From positions 136,001 through 200,000 of the forward strand of contig NW_021832128.1 in assembly GCF_006345805.1 (NCBI RefSeq): a stretch of DNA of 64,000 nt, written 5' to 3'. How positions within the stretch are numbered: the stretch's first letter is position 1; every line of letters begins with the position of its first letter. This DNA is from Octopus sinensis. Its lineage: Eukaryota. The translations under genes were made by a program, and so were the position numbers. Below the pieces are notes generated by a model. That model saw only the letters and a list, made by a program, of their open reading frames with translations. It made no database searches and had not been told where the DNA came from. Positions 12,819 to 24,740 of this stretch are shown here, piece by piece.

Positions 12819-12990
12819 AATATATATATACATATATATATGGTTATATATATAGATATATTTCTATATTTATCTATATATGGTTTTATATATATATAAT
12901 GGATATATATATAATTATGGATATATATGTATATGGTTTATATATATAGATATATAAATATATGGATATATATATATATATATATGGATA
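12637..12990. repeat. (TA)n microsatellite punctuated by GG
   Basis: Seen directly; it produces spurious IYIY ORFs. Confidence 0.95.
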
Positions 12991-13675
12991 TGTAGTGAAT
13001 CTTGCATGCATGAAGTGGATTTGATCCACCATAGCCAAATTTAAATTAACACTGCAACAGAACTGTTCACATGATGGAACAATGGTTTTTCTCTGACAGC
13101 AGTTTAACATTTTCCAGATGCCTTTAGCTAGGCCAAAATAATGATTTCACTACTTGACCCTTTCTAATCTCCTAAAGCTAGAATAGAGATAACAAGACCA
13201 CCAACTAAATCTATTGTTCTCAATGATATATCTATCCTTCTGGATCTTTATATAAGCAAGCACACCCCAAGCAAAATCAGTTAGTGACTTGTAGACATCT
13301 GAACGAGGCAGCTCGTGACAGCTCATGACGACTCAATTAGTTAAGGAAAGGACTGCTAGAATCATGATCACAAGGAGTACCTCTACTAAATTTAATGGTC
13401 AGCAGGAGTAATAAAAATTACTGTCAGCAGCTGTGAGACAACACCCTACAATTCTCTCTAGCTCTAATTCTGTTCTCTTACAACATCATTCTATCTGTCT
13501 CTGCAATTACTACTAAACAATGAAGAGGACACAAACACAAACCATTTTTGAACTTGGCATACTAATCACAAGTGGTTCTTTCAGCTATGGCACCCTCTCC
13601 ATACACAACATTAAATATATGTGTAATGCATATATTTATATATTTTTTATATATCAATATATATATATATATATA

Positions 13676-13733
<58 letters not shown>

Positions 13734-13889
13734 TAGGTATAACACATACATTCATGTACATACACAAACATTATATATAATAAGCACATACAAACACCCA
13801 TATACATATATATATACACATACACACGCATACACATGCATATATATATATTTGTATACATATATATATATATATGTGTGTGTGTGTGT

Positions 13890-16295
13890 TGCAAGACAGT
13901 GTGTAGAGAGAATCGTGATGTGGTAGGAGAGAAATGTGTTCGTGTGGATGATGGTTCACTTGCGCTAAATGAGGATGCAAAGAGAGAGGTTTGGAGACGC
14001 CACTATGAAAGGTTGCTGAATAAAGAAAATGAATGAGATAAAGAGAGTCTGCCGAATGTCGACCCAACAGAGGGACCAGCTATCTGATTTGACAGTTCCT
14101 TAATAGTTAAAGCAATTAGAAGCATGAAGACAGGGAAAGCCCCAGGCCCATCAGGAATTACTGCAGAGATGCTCAAAATATCTGGTAGTATCAGCTATAG
14201 CCTAGTCACCCATATAATTAACCAGGTGATACACGAAGGAGTCATACCCAATGACTGGTGTAGCAGCATAATAGTCAACTGCTACAAAGGTAAAGGTGAC
14301 ACCCTAGATACAAATAATTACAGAGGTATCAAGCTGTTGGATCAGGTAATGAAGGTTACGGAGAGGGTCATAGCCCAACTGATTAGGGAGAAAGTCAACT
14401 TGGATGAGACGCAGTTTGGTTTCGTGCCAGGGAAAAGCACCACTGATGCCATATTTCTGATGAGATAGCTGCAGGAGAAATACCTAGCCAAAGATAAGCC
14501 TCTGTACCTGGCTTTCGTTGACATGGAGAAAGCCTTTGACAAGGTCCCCTGATCCCTTATCTGGTGGTCAATGAGGAAACTAGGGATAGATGAATGGTTA
14601 GTGAGAGCTGTGCAAGCCATGTACAGGGACACTGTAAGTAAGGTAAGGGTTGCCAACGAGTGCACTGAAGAATTCAAGGTAGAGGTTGGGGACCACCAGG
14701 GTTCAGTCCTCAGTCCCCTCCTATTTATCATAGTCCTCCAGGCAATAACGGAGGAATTCAAGACAGGATGCCCCTGGGAGCTCCTATATGCTGATGACCT
14801 TGCTCTAATTGCTGAGTCACTATCAGAACTAGAGGAGAAGTTTCAAGTGTGGAAACAAGGATTAGAATCGAAGGGCCTTAAAATCAACCTAGCTAAAACC
14901 AAAGTCCTAATAAGTATGAAGGCAGGCAAACCACAAATCCCTTCAGGTAGATGGCCCTGCTCAATCTGTAGTAGAGGCATAGGTAGAAACTCTATAAGAT
15001 GTACCCAGTGTAAGCTATGGACACATAAAAGGTGCAGTAATATCAAAGGAAGGCTAACTGGGAAGATAGTTTTTGTATGTGGCAGATGCTTGGGAGCAAT
15101 AAACACTGAAAATGCGCAGAGACCAACTTCCACCACATTCCAAGGAGAAAAACTAGTAGTTGATAGCTTCCGTTATCTAGGTGACCAAGTTAGTAGTGAA
15201 GGAGGGTGCGCTGAAAGTGTAGCTGCTAGAATAAGAATAGCCTGGGCAAAGTTCAGAGAGCTCTTACCTCTGCTGGCAACAAAGGGCCTCTCACTCAGAG
15301 TAAAAGGTAGACTGTATGACGCATGTGTATGAACAGCCATGCTACACGGCAGTGAAACATGGGCTGTGACTGCTGAGGACATGCGTAAGCGCACAAGGAA
15401 TGAAGCCAGTATGATCAGATGGATGTGTGATGTGTGATGTCAGAGAAAAGTTGGACCTAAGAAGCATTAGATGTGGTGTGCAAGAGAGATGACTGCGCTG
15501 GTATGGTCATGTGGCAAGAATGGATGAGGATACCTGCGTGAAAAAGTGCCACACCCTAGCGGTTGAGGGAAGCTGTGTAAGAGGTAGACCCAGGAAGACC
15601 TGGGATGAAGTGGTGAAGCACGACCATCGAACATTAGGCCTCACCAAGGAAATGACTAGCGACCGAGACTTTTGGAAATATGCTTTGCTCAAGAAGACCC
15701 GGCAAGCCAAATGAGACCATGACCAGTGGCTTATGCCAGGAGCGTAACCAGCCCGCTTATGCATACCTTTTCCTTCTTTGGTCACTAAACTCTGACTGGC
15801 ATCCATGCTAGCGGGGTGCAAAGAGCACCATACGAGTGTGATCGTTGACAGAGCGGCTATTCGAGTATGATCGTTACCAGCGTTTGCCTTACTGGCACTT
15901 ATGCCTGTGCTAGTAGGGTGCCAAAAGCACCATCCGAGCGTGATTGTTACCAGAGCAGCCAACTGGCTTCCGCACCCGTGGCACGTAAAAGGGCACCATT
16001 CGGGCATGATCGTTACCAACGTCGCTTTACTGGCACCTGTGCCGGTGGCATGTATAAAAAGATTCGAGCGAGGTCGTTGCCAGTGCCGCCTGACTGGACC
16101 CCATGCCGGTGGCACGTAAAAAGCACGCACTACACTCTCGGAGTGGTTGGTTTTAGGGAGGGCATCCAGCTGTAGAAACTCTGCCAGATCAAGATTGGAG
16201 CCTGTTGCAGCCATCTGGCTTGCCAGCCCTCAGTCAAAATCGTCCAACCCATGCTAGCATGGAAAGCGGACGTTAAACGATGATGATGATGATGA
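13890..16295 (+). mobile_element. RTE-clade LINE, 5'-truncated, same superfamily as 9390-12636
   Basis: GKAPGPSGITAEMLK, QFGFVPGKSTTDAIF, QGSVLSPLLF, LLYADDL, FRYLG; several stops. The 3'UTR has internal repeats and a (GAT)n tail. Confidence 0.92.
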
Positions 16296-16377
16296 TATAC
16301 AGATATGTATACATACACAATCACACACATATACACTCACGTACACACATACATACATACATACATACATACATACA

Positions 16378-16408
<31 letters not shown>

Positions 16409-16463
16409 GTATTCACATACATATACGTATAAAAAGTCCCATATAGATATATGAATATATATA

Positions 16464-18482
16464 CTAGCAGGCGTACCCGGTGTTGCTTGGGTGCGTTAGT
16501 TCGAAAAGTCTATGAAAATAATAAAGTGATTAACACTCCCTCCCTTAAGCACCTTTCACGTTTTATGGCAAGACTAACACCTAAGTAACTCTGTAATTAC
16601 AACAAGAATCAAGTGAAAAATAAAGCAACAAAAATTATAACAGCAATAACGTAGGACTGAAATATGGCGCCTGTACGGGCTTATAAACAACATTTTTAGT
16701 TTTCCCCTGGGAGATGAAGGCATGTAAACTGTTCCTACAACTCACTCTAGAGTAGCCAGCGTACAGTTGACCGTGTGAAAAGTATGGTTCAGCTAAGTAA
16801 AGTCCAACGACAGACAGCGACTGCCCTTGGGACTTATTAATGGACATGACATAACTGAGTCTAATTGGAAACTGCTCTCTGCGGAATGTGAATGATAAGT
16901 CAGCAGCCAAAGGCACAAGGGAAATTCGCAGTATGAAGATGTCTTGACCTTTATCGCAGACGGTCATAATCATTGCTTCAATGACATTGGGAAATAATTT
17001 TATGATAACAAGGCGTGTACCGTTGCACAACCTCGATGGATTTAAATTCCTTATCAACATAACAGGGCTACCTAGTTTAAGAGTAAGAATATGTGGAGGT
17101 ACACCTGAAGGCTCCAAGGAATTCAAAAATTCAGTGGGATAATCAACTACCTCGTCCTGATTGTGAATGGTGTCTAGTGACTGTCACGTCCCCAGGCAAA
17201 CGCAGTAAGAGGCTGTTGTTGATTGCCCTGACCACAATGTTTTAGGAGCCAAAATGGCTCTTTGGCAAAGCTAATCTAAATCTCCATTGTGGACTTCTAG
17301 GCCTGTGAAGACCTGGTGTTGAAGACTCTGGATAGTATTGGCTATTGTGCAAACGTTACTTATGTCAACATCTTCATTTCCGTCTTCTGGAACTTCACCA
17401 TTACCAAAAAGGAGAATGTCCCTTGCAAAATTTTCTGACAATGGGTCCTCATGGAGGCACGCTCTCATATTGGATTCTAACTTTAAAGTAACAAAATGAC
17501 CCCATACAGGTGAAGACTTAAGACACGCTATTACTTCATCCGCCCTTGTGCCTTTTGGAATCACTGGCAAGTTTTGTCAAAAGTCCCCAGATAGCAAGAC
17601 AGTAACACTCCCACCATTGGTTCGTGGCTTTCCTTTATGTCTCACAAAGTTCTATCTAATGCCTCAAGGGCACCCTTGTGAACCATTGTGCATTCATCCC
17701 AAATGATAGGGCGGCATTGTGCAAGCAATTGCCCGTTGTCCAACGTCTTTGAAATGTTGTAAACAGGCGTTGGTGAACTTGCAAGGTTAAGGGGAAGCTT
17801 AAACGTAGAGTGTGCAGTCCTACCACCAGGGAGCAGAGTAGCAGCTATGCCTGAAGTTGCCGCAGCTATTGCAATGCACTTTTGTCGCCTTACTTTTGCA
17901 AGGATGAGTCTAGTTATGAATGCTTTGCCTGTCCCACCTTTACGACCCTGGACTTGCTGAACGATAGTGTCGTAGGCGTCCTTCTGGTCAGGTAGCAGGA
18001 GTGTCTCATTGATCTGTACATATGCAGATAGTTCAGTAATGTCTTAAGATGTTTCCCGAACAATTTCAGAAGGGAGATCATTTGAGGTAGGCTTTGCAGT
18101 GGGGGGGGGGGGGAGAGCCCGTAAGTGGTCATTATGTCATCGCCTAAAGCTAAAGTCTTGTTTTCAATCTCAATCAGCGCTAGGTTAGGGTTAAGGTTAG
18201 GATTAGGGATAGGGTTAGGGTAACTCAATTTCATTTTTACCAAATAATTTACGAAGGAGGAAATGGGTTATTTCCCTTGGAAGCTTTAAAATAATTACGC
18301 CCGCCGTTCAATCGCACCCAAATGTTTACCCAAACATTTTTTCGAAATTGATTTATACTTAAAACCTCCCCAGACACATACGCAATGTGTTTGTGAAGTT
18401 TAAAAAAAATCTGTCGAGCCATTTTGGTGCAAAATGAGGACATACCGATACACACACACGCACATTTTCAGTTTTAATACAT
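16464..18482 (-). mobile_element. Internally deleted Helitron retaining Pif1-like helicase remnant
   Basis: 3' end CTAG|T with an imperfect GCAAC-loop hairpin at 16464-16495. GGTGKAF...SGIAATLLPGGRTAHS and QFPIRLSYVMSINKSQGQSL. The 5' segment resembles ta(ta)n-aaaactgaaaatgtgcgtgtg. Confidence 0.85.
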
Positions 18483-18489
18483 TATATAT

Positions 18490-18575
<86 letters not shown>

Positions 18576-18686
18576 TATATATATATCTATATATACAGAT
18601 ATATATATCATCATCATCGAGAACGGACGTTAAACGATGATGATGATATATATATCTGTATATATAGATATATATGTAAAATTAAT

Positions 18687-19440
18687 ATGTGACAATTATT
18701 CGGTAGTCATGATAAAACTCCAAGTTCCGGATGTTGGGGCGGAAACCCATGCCCCCATTTCTTCAGTTATCTGGCCATCGACAAAATGCTATGAAAATGA
18801 CTGTTTAAACAAAAGGAAATTATTGTGTGATTGACCGTTATTAAGACAAAAGAGCTATTGGAATGACCACTAAGTAAGGGAAGGGAGTAAAAATGTTCAT
18901 AGTATTCGTGTAAGCGTGCATGTCCATACCTACACATGTGCCTACACAGGCGCCTATAAGTATATACTCATTCACCCTCACTTGAAACACACACATGCTC
19001 ACCCACACATTCACCAAAAATATATACATACCCGCATACACGCTCGCACACACATACGCGTGCACAAAAAAGGTTCATACACAGGTCTATATACGCCCAT
19101 GCACAAGAAAAATCAGGGATAAAGGCAAAATACAGAAAACAGTGTAAAGAAGTATAAAAAAATAAGCAATAAGAGTAAAACATCTATATACGCACACACA
19201 TGTCTACATATGCGCATACCCGTATATATATATGAACACACACGAAAAAGGTTCATACATACGTCTATATATGCACATGCACAAGAAAAAACAGGGCTAA
19301 AGGCAACATACAGAAAAAAGTGTAAAGAAGTATAATAAAATAAGCAATAAGAGTAGTATACTCACATGCACACTCTATATACGCACATACCCCCACAAAA
19401 GATTCCATATATACGTCTATACATGCACATAAATGTAGGG
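18687..19440 (+). repeat. Segment related to the family-A PLE terminus followed by a ~180-bp tandem duplication (19067-19400)
   Basis: atgtgacaattattcggtagtcatgataaaactc matches the reverse complement of 6555-6590. aaaaaggttcatac...aagcaataagagta occurs twice. Confidence 0.55.
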
Positions 19441-19515
19441 TGGAAGATGCAGAGGCGGTTCTAAATGATACTATGATTGAAGTGGAGTTAGAAACTAACA
19501 GACATGAACATAACA

Positions 19516-19615
19516 TCTATATATATAAAAGGCAGTTTGTCTGTCTGTGTGTCTGTCAGGTTGTACCCTCACCCTGACCGCGGCTTTCAACCGATTCTGA
19601 TGAAACTTGACACAC
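19516..19615 (+). mobile_element. Helitron 5' end fragment, same family as 46910 and 40835
   Basis: A|TCTATATATATAAAAGGCAGTTTGTCTG...ccgattctgatgaaacttgacacaca is near-identical to 46910-47020; it is cut off by the PLE module at 19616. Confidence 0.8.
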
Positions 19616-20163
19616 ATCTCAATATGGCTAACCACAAAGGGTGGGTGTTACTGTAGCTTTTAGCCCCAGGAGATCATCGTCTCCAGCTGGCTTTAGGCAC
19701 ACTATCTGCGCCCTTATGTTATTTGCAAAGGGAGGTCGTCCCTTTCTTGTAAGCCTAAGTGATACGCACGGACCGCAGTTTCGAGGTAGTTGCCTCTTGT
19801 CAACGGGCGGTAATCACCAGTTTACGATGAAAAGGAAGACCTTGTATGCAAATACTCAAGTGTTTTTCTTGTAACTTCCGTCACTGATTTCGAAAAACTG
19901 TCTGCAAACAATAATAAATCTCTGAACGAGATGTAAACAGTAACCGCTCGACTATGTAAAGTATAATAGCCATCTCAATATGGCTAACCACAAAGGGTGG
20001 GTGTTACTGTAGCTTTTAGCCCCAGGAGATCATTGTCTCCAGAAAGGGATGACCTCCCTTTGCAAATACCATAAGGGCACAGATAGTGTGCCTAAAGCCA
20101 GCTGGAGACGATGATCTCCTGGGGCTAAAAGCTACAGTAACACCCACCCTTTGTGGTTAGCCA
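19616..20163. mobile_element. Penelope-like terminal module with direct (19616-19685 / 19972-20041) and inverted (19625-19745 / 20042-20163) duplications
   Basis: Repeats read directly. A hammerhead lies on the minus strand. The direct-plus-inverted arrangement is typical of PLE insertions. Confidence 0.75.
19766..19808 (-). ncRNA. Minimal hammerhead, U3-A8 variant (family C)
   Basis: GCCCG-UUGACAA-GAGG-CAACUA-CCUC-GAAA-CUGCG-GUC-CGUGC. Confidence 0.7.
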
Positions 20164-21656
20164 ATGTGTAGCTTTACAAATTTATTTTGTAATTTTGGTT
20201 TGCAATTATTTATAGTTAAATGTTTCCTTTCAAAGTTTTTACTTTCAAACAATTTATTCATGCACATTTTGGACCTAACAACCTGTATGAGAAAATCGTT
20301 TTGACTGAAAGAATTTTGAAAGGGTTTTATTTTTAGACTGGGGTCAAACGGTCTTCAACCATATTTTAAATCTTTAGCAACACCAATTACAAAGAACTTG
20401 GGAGTGGTACTGAAAGATGGAGAGAAGTATTTGACAGACAGAAAGAGAGAGTTACACATTTTAACTGGGTGGGAGCTGTCTTCAATAATTCAAGTAATGC
20501 TATATATTCAAAATTAACCATGCATGCTGGTTTTGTTGTTGTTACTGTTGTTATTGTCACTTACTTTTTTTTGTATTTTGACACTACTTTCCTTCAAAAG
20601 TTAGTGGTCATAAACTCCCTAGGGAATTTTATGTCAGCTTCATCACTTTTATTTATTATTATTTTTTTCCTTTGTTTTGAGACGAGATCGAACTTAAGAA
20701 TTTTATACCGATAAATTTTAGACGCTTTTTTCTGAAACTGGTAAGATTATGTAGGAGGTGCAAATTTTGATCTTCCACCCACTGAGAATTCTAGGGGGTG
20801 CAGGTGCACCCACTGTACCCCCTGTTCCCGGACCCTTGAAAACAGGCCTAACGGATGTGTTTAAATGAATTAGCCAATTGGAAATAGATCAAGAATTTAC
20901 GTGACCGCTCCCTAAACCCTAATATATTTTAAATATTTAATATGCATAGGTTAAATAGCCAATAATTTAAATGACTGCTTCCTAACCCCCAATATAATTT
21001 TAAATATCTTTATATATTTAATATGCATACTTTAACGCAAACCTTGGACTAAATTAAACTTGGACATGGAGTTACTACTATGTTTTTTAAAATTAAATTT
21101 ATTTGATTATGTGGATGTATTAATTTTAATATCCAATAACAAGAATGTAAACATTGTGAAATCTAATATGCATAGAACGGGAACTTATATTTTGTGGAAC
21201 TAACCTTGCCTGGACTTGTAATTCGGACTGAATGTTTTGGATGCTAGAATTTAACTTGTTCGTGTTAAGTAGATGCGTTAAGTATTATTTAGATTATGTT
21301 TGTATAATATATTCATACGCAAATATCTTGTTTGTGTATATGTGTATATATATATATATGTGTATGTGTGAATATTTATACTTTGTACCTTGTTTCATGA
21401 ATTTTTGTTACGTTGTTTAGTATTATCGTTAAAACAACAATACTGTTGGTATTGTTAAAAGTGGTAGTATATTACGTTAGAATGCATTTACTGGACTGAA
21501 GCATGATAATCCAATGTAATGTGATATATTGTTCAATGTTGTTATTTATGTATTTTGCACATGTGATTACTATGTACGATTTGCCTATGTATGTATATTT
21601 GTATATTTTATATGTGTTTATGTATATATATATATAAAACATTACGTTATATAGTT

Positions 21657-22248
21657 AGGGTTCAGTAAAATAATTTACTTTACCACACACCAAACTTTTA
21701 GAAATAGCAGCCAAATAATTTTAGCTATTTCCTCTACTATTGTCTCCCAGCCAATGTATACTCAAAAATAATTCACGCAGGTATAGAGGGAAAAATAACG
21801 AAAGATCACACGTACATCGATTACTTGATATATATATATATATATATATATATGTATTTTGAATATTTGTCTTATTATTTATTTTCTTGTTGTTATTGGA
21901 TAGTAAGTGAAGCATGTTTTCTATATATTAATATTGTACTTTTCTTGTTATGTATATCCTCTGACGAGGCCTTTGGTTATTTAAACATATAAATATAATT
22001 TTTAATGCCTAGGACTATATTACAATGGCATCTATAGGCAATTTAAGTTGAATTGACTTTTGACCATAGGTTGAAACAGCTGTAAGGAGCAGTTTATTTG
22101 TATTATTTTAATTTTTATTATTATATTACATATTGATGTTTATTGTTTTGTTCGATTTTGATGTTCCCATTTGTATAATTAATAAATAATGTGAAATTGT
22201 AATATCCGTAAGTTGATGATCGAAATGAATTTTCTTATTTGTATTATG
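21657..22248 (+). mobile_element. Penelope-like terminal remnant, family A
   Basis: Hammerhead and 3' tail homologous to 6182-6590. The left boundary is approximate. Confidence 0.6.
21957..22088 (+). ncRNA. Hammerhead ribozyme motif with 81-nt loop II (family A)
   Basis: UCCU-CUGACGA-GGCCUUUGGUUA[loop]UGACCAUAGGUU-GAAA-CAGCU-GUA-AGGA. Stem I is perfect (4 bp) and stem III is palindromic. Confidence 0.8.
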
Positions 22249-22249
22249 A

Positions 22250-23240
22250 ATTTACGGTAAAAGCATTTTTTGGCTTTATTGAGAAAATTCTATAGTTTGT
22301 AAGATATTTGTTGTTGTTTTTCTGCAATTTCAATCAATCAGTGACGTCTATTGAGTTAAAAAGCATTCTGTGCCGTATGAATCTGTCCCTCGTTTAAGAA
22401 ACAGATTGGGTTTATTTACATTTGTAAAGAAAAAAAGATACCCTTCCCCCACCCCTAACCCAAACTAACCCTAAAACAGATCGAAATGCAATAGATCGAT
22501 ACTAGGGTTATAATTATGGGTGACAATTTCATATGACACCACTAGAAAAAGCGGCCGTTTTTTCTTCACAAATGTAAATAAACCCAATCTGTTTCTTAAA
22601 CGAGGGACATATTTAGGCAATCTTTCGTCTCTAGTAGACCTTTCCGTCGATTTCCGTAAAAATTTTTTTGTTTTTTACATATGGGCTTGCGGGAACTTTT
22701 GAAGTAATGAGAGCGAAAGAGACTAAGAGAAAGCGATTGTATGACGAGGGAAATTCTTTTGAAGTTACCGTGCATGGGAGCATTGATGTACATGTGTGTG
22801 TGTGTGTGTGTGTGTGTTTGATGGGGTGTGGGAGACAGACAGTATGTTGTGTAAGTGAAGTGTGTGTGAAGAGACAGAGTAATGTGTGAAAGAAAGAGTT
22901 ATGTATATGTATGTATATTACTTCAAAAGTTCCCGCAAGCCCATATGTAAAAAAAAATTTTTTTTACGGAAATCGACGGAAAGGTCTACTCGAGACGAAA
23001 GATCGCCCATATTTATACGGCCCAGAATGTTTTCACCTCAATAGACGGTCATTGATTGGTTGAAATTGCCGAAATGCAAGAAATTAAAGACCAAATATCT
23101 TACAAACTATAGAATTTTCTCAATAAAGCCAAGAGAAAAAGATGTTTTATAAACACATTCTACCAGTATACGAAGTTTAAAATTATTTAGTTACCTAGAA
23201 ATTTATGTTAAAAACTGCCGTTCAAACCGAAAAGATCCAG
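22250..23240. mobile_element. Foldback-type non-autonomous DNA element (unclassified; terminus GGATCTTTTC) hosting a nested MITE
   Basis: 22260-22390 is inverted to 23015-23140, and 22395-22430 is inverted to 22565-22610. The terminal motif ...gaaaagatcc is shared with 24740 and 25500. Confidence 0.65.
22616..23007. mobile_element. MITE with ~95-bp TIRs and 8-bp TSD (CATATTTA); Merlin-like by termini
   Basis: TIRs GGCAATCTTTCGTCTC.../...GAGACGAAAGATCGCC. Identical 8-mers at 22608-22615 and 23008-23015. Confidence 0.85.
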
Positions 23241-23556
23241 GATTTGTATTTTAATGTGGTTTTGCATTATTCATATATCATGTACATACGTGTTATAAAG
23301 TATATTTATTATCCGATATCATCGGAATCTACACCATATGAAACGAATTTGTTGATATTTTCATTTAAAAAATCCATTTTTCTGAAAGATATGAGGAAAT
23401 AAAATCATTGGAGGAGTGAAGCTGGCCACTTGAGTAGGTGTGACATAAGTCCCAAATCAAACATTGAAATCGATTTACCAACTCTTTCTTTATAAGCTGA
23501 TTGCCTTGACATTAATACACATAAATGTATGACGTATTACACATAATTATTTCAAT

Positions 23557-23623
23557 ATGGCTATTCTTCCCTGTGCAGTGTTTTCATCTCCTGATATTTC
23601 GGATTCTATAGATCTTATCAGGC
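23557..23623 (+). CDS. AAGAB: AAGAB (alpha- and gamma-adaptin-binding protein p34) coding exon 1
   Basis: ATG...MAILPCAVFSSPDISDSIDLIR plus C|GTAAGT, a consensus phase-1 donor. It splices in frame to exon 2 (C+AA = Gln). It resembles the remembered human N-terminus MAAGVPCALVTS. Confidence 0.8.
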
Positions 23624-24568
23624 GTAAGTAATAACTGATTAAGATCGTAAAATATATTAAGTACGGATAAATTTCTGTAATAAGTCATTATTTACTGTCG
23701 CTTTGTTTGCACGCTATTTTTTCTTAAATAATTATGATAGCATATTTAGACGTGTTTACTTATAATGTACGTATACGTACCATGTGTACATACGAAAGTA
23801 TACGTTGAAGAGTTGCGGTGTATGTTTGCCTCTAGATTGAAATGTATCTGTCAAATTTGATGGCAAAACATTTCACTGAAGACAATGTTTTACTTATTAA
23901 TTATTTGGTGCGGAAAAAGGGTGGCGATGGAAGGTGCAGTATATCTTTTCGACAGGCATTTTCGCTGCGAGATTGTATTTTTAATTTCCTGTTAAAGAGT
24001 GAACATGTATTTATCTTTGAAATGATCTTAACGTAATGCCTATTCTTTGACAAGCATAACTACAGATTTCTGGGTAAATTTTCATTTACCGATTTCTGCC
24101 ACCTCCCCCGACTTTGGATGATCGTAACTTTCAGAAAATGGATATTTTTAAATAAAATTTTCTACGAATATGTATTATATCATTTAAATTCCGAATATAC
24201 AAAATTTTAGGATTTGTGGGGGAAGCGTTTTAGGAGGGAATAGGGTGGGGAATTTCAGAAAATTTACCGGAGTCCACTTCGTCTTAACTTTCAAGTAAAT
24301 AGATATTTTTAAATGAAATCCTCCACAAATATACCTCGGACTATCTAGATTCCGAGGATATAGGAATTTGGGGGTGGGGAATAACTGGAGGTTATTTCTG
24401 AGAACTGTTCCCCACTTAGGGGTGTTTCGGAACAAATTCATATTTGTTTCATTTTGTGCGTTTGTGCATCCATAGATTTCCACTGAAGCAACTAACAGGC
24501 AATGAAGCCCTCACCAGAAAACTCGTTATGCTAAAAATAACAGCTAAAGTTCTGGTACACAGAAAGAT

Positions 24569-24740
24569 GGATCTTTTCTGTTTGACGGACGGAATTTTCT
24601 AGTTAACTAAAAAATTTGAAACTTTGTATACTGGTAGAATGTGTCAAACCCCAATGCTTATTTTTTAAAACTCTGGTACTTATTCTGTTGAACTTTTTTG
24701 CTGAACTGCTAAAATTCCGTCCATCAAACAGAAAAGATCC
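24569..24740. mobile_element. 172-bp TIR-bounded mini-element with 5-bp flanking duplication (AAGAT), carrying an inverted copy of 25360-25500
   Basis: Termini GGATCTTTTCTGTTTGA...TCAAACAGAAAAGATCC; aagat at 24564-24568 and 24741-24745. Confidence 0.7.

Noticed and set aside
13130-13560. Possible solo LTR (contains TATATAAG)
   Set aside because: No defined TG...CA ends, no TSD and no second copy in the window.
11794-13926. IYIYIY-type ORFs here and at 6527-6769, 7724-8174, 18434-18640 and 54253-57512
   Set aside because: They are translations of TA/CA microsatellites, which lack stops in some frames.
20755-20840. GC-rich patch resembling a hAT/MITE terminus (also 921-990)
   Set aside because: Only one end is visible, with no partner TIR or TSD.
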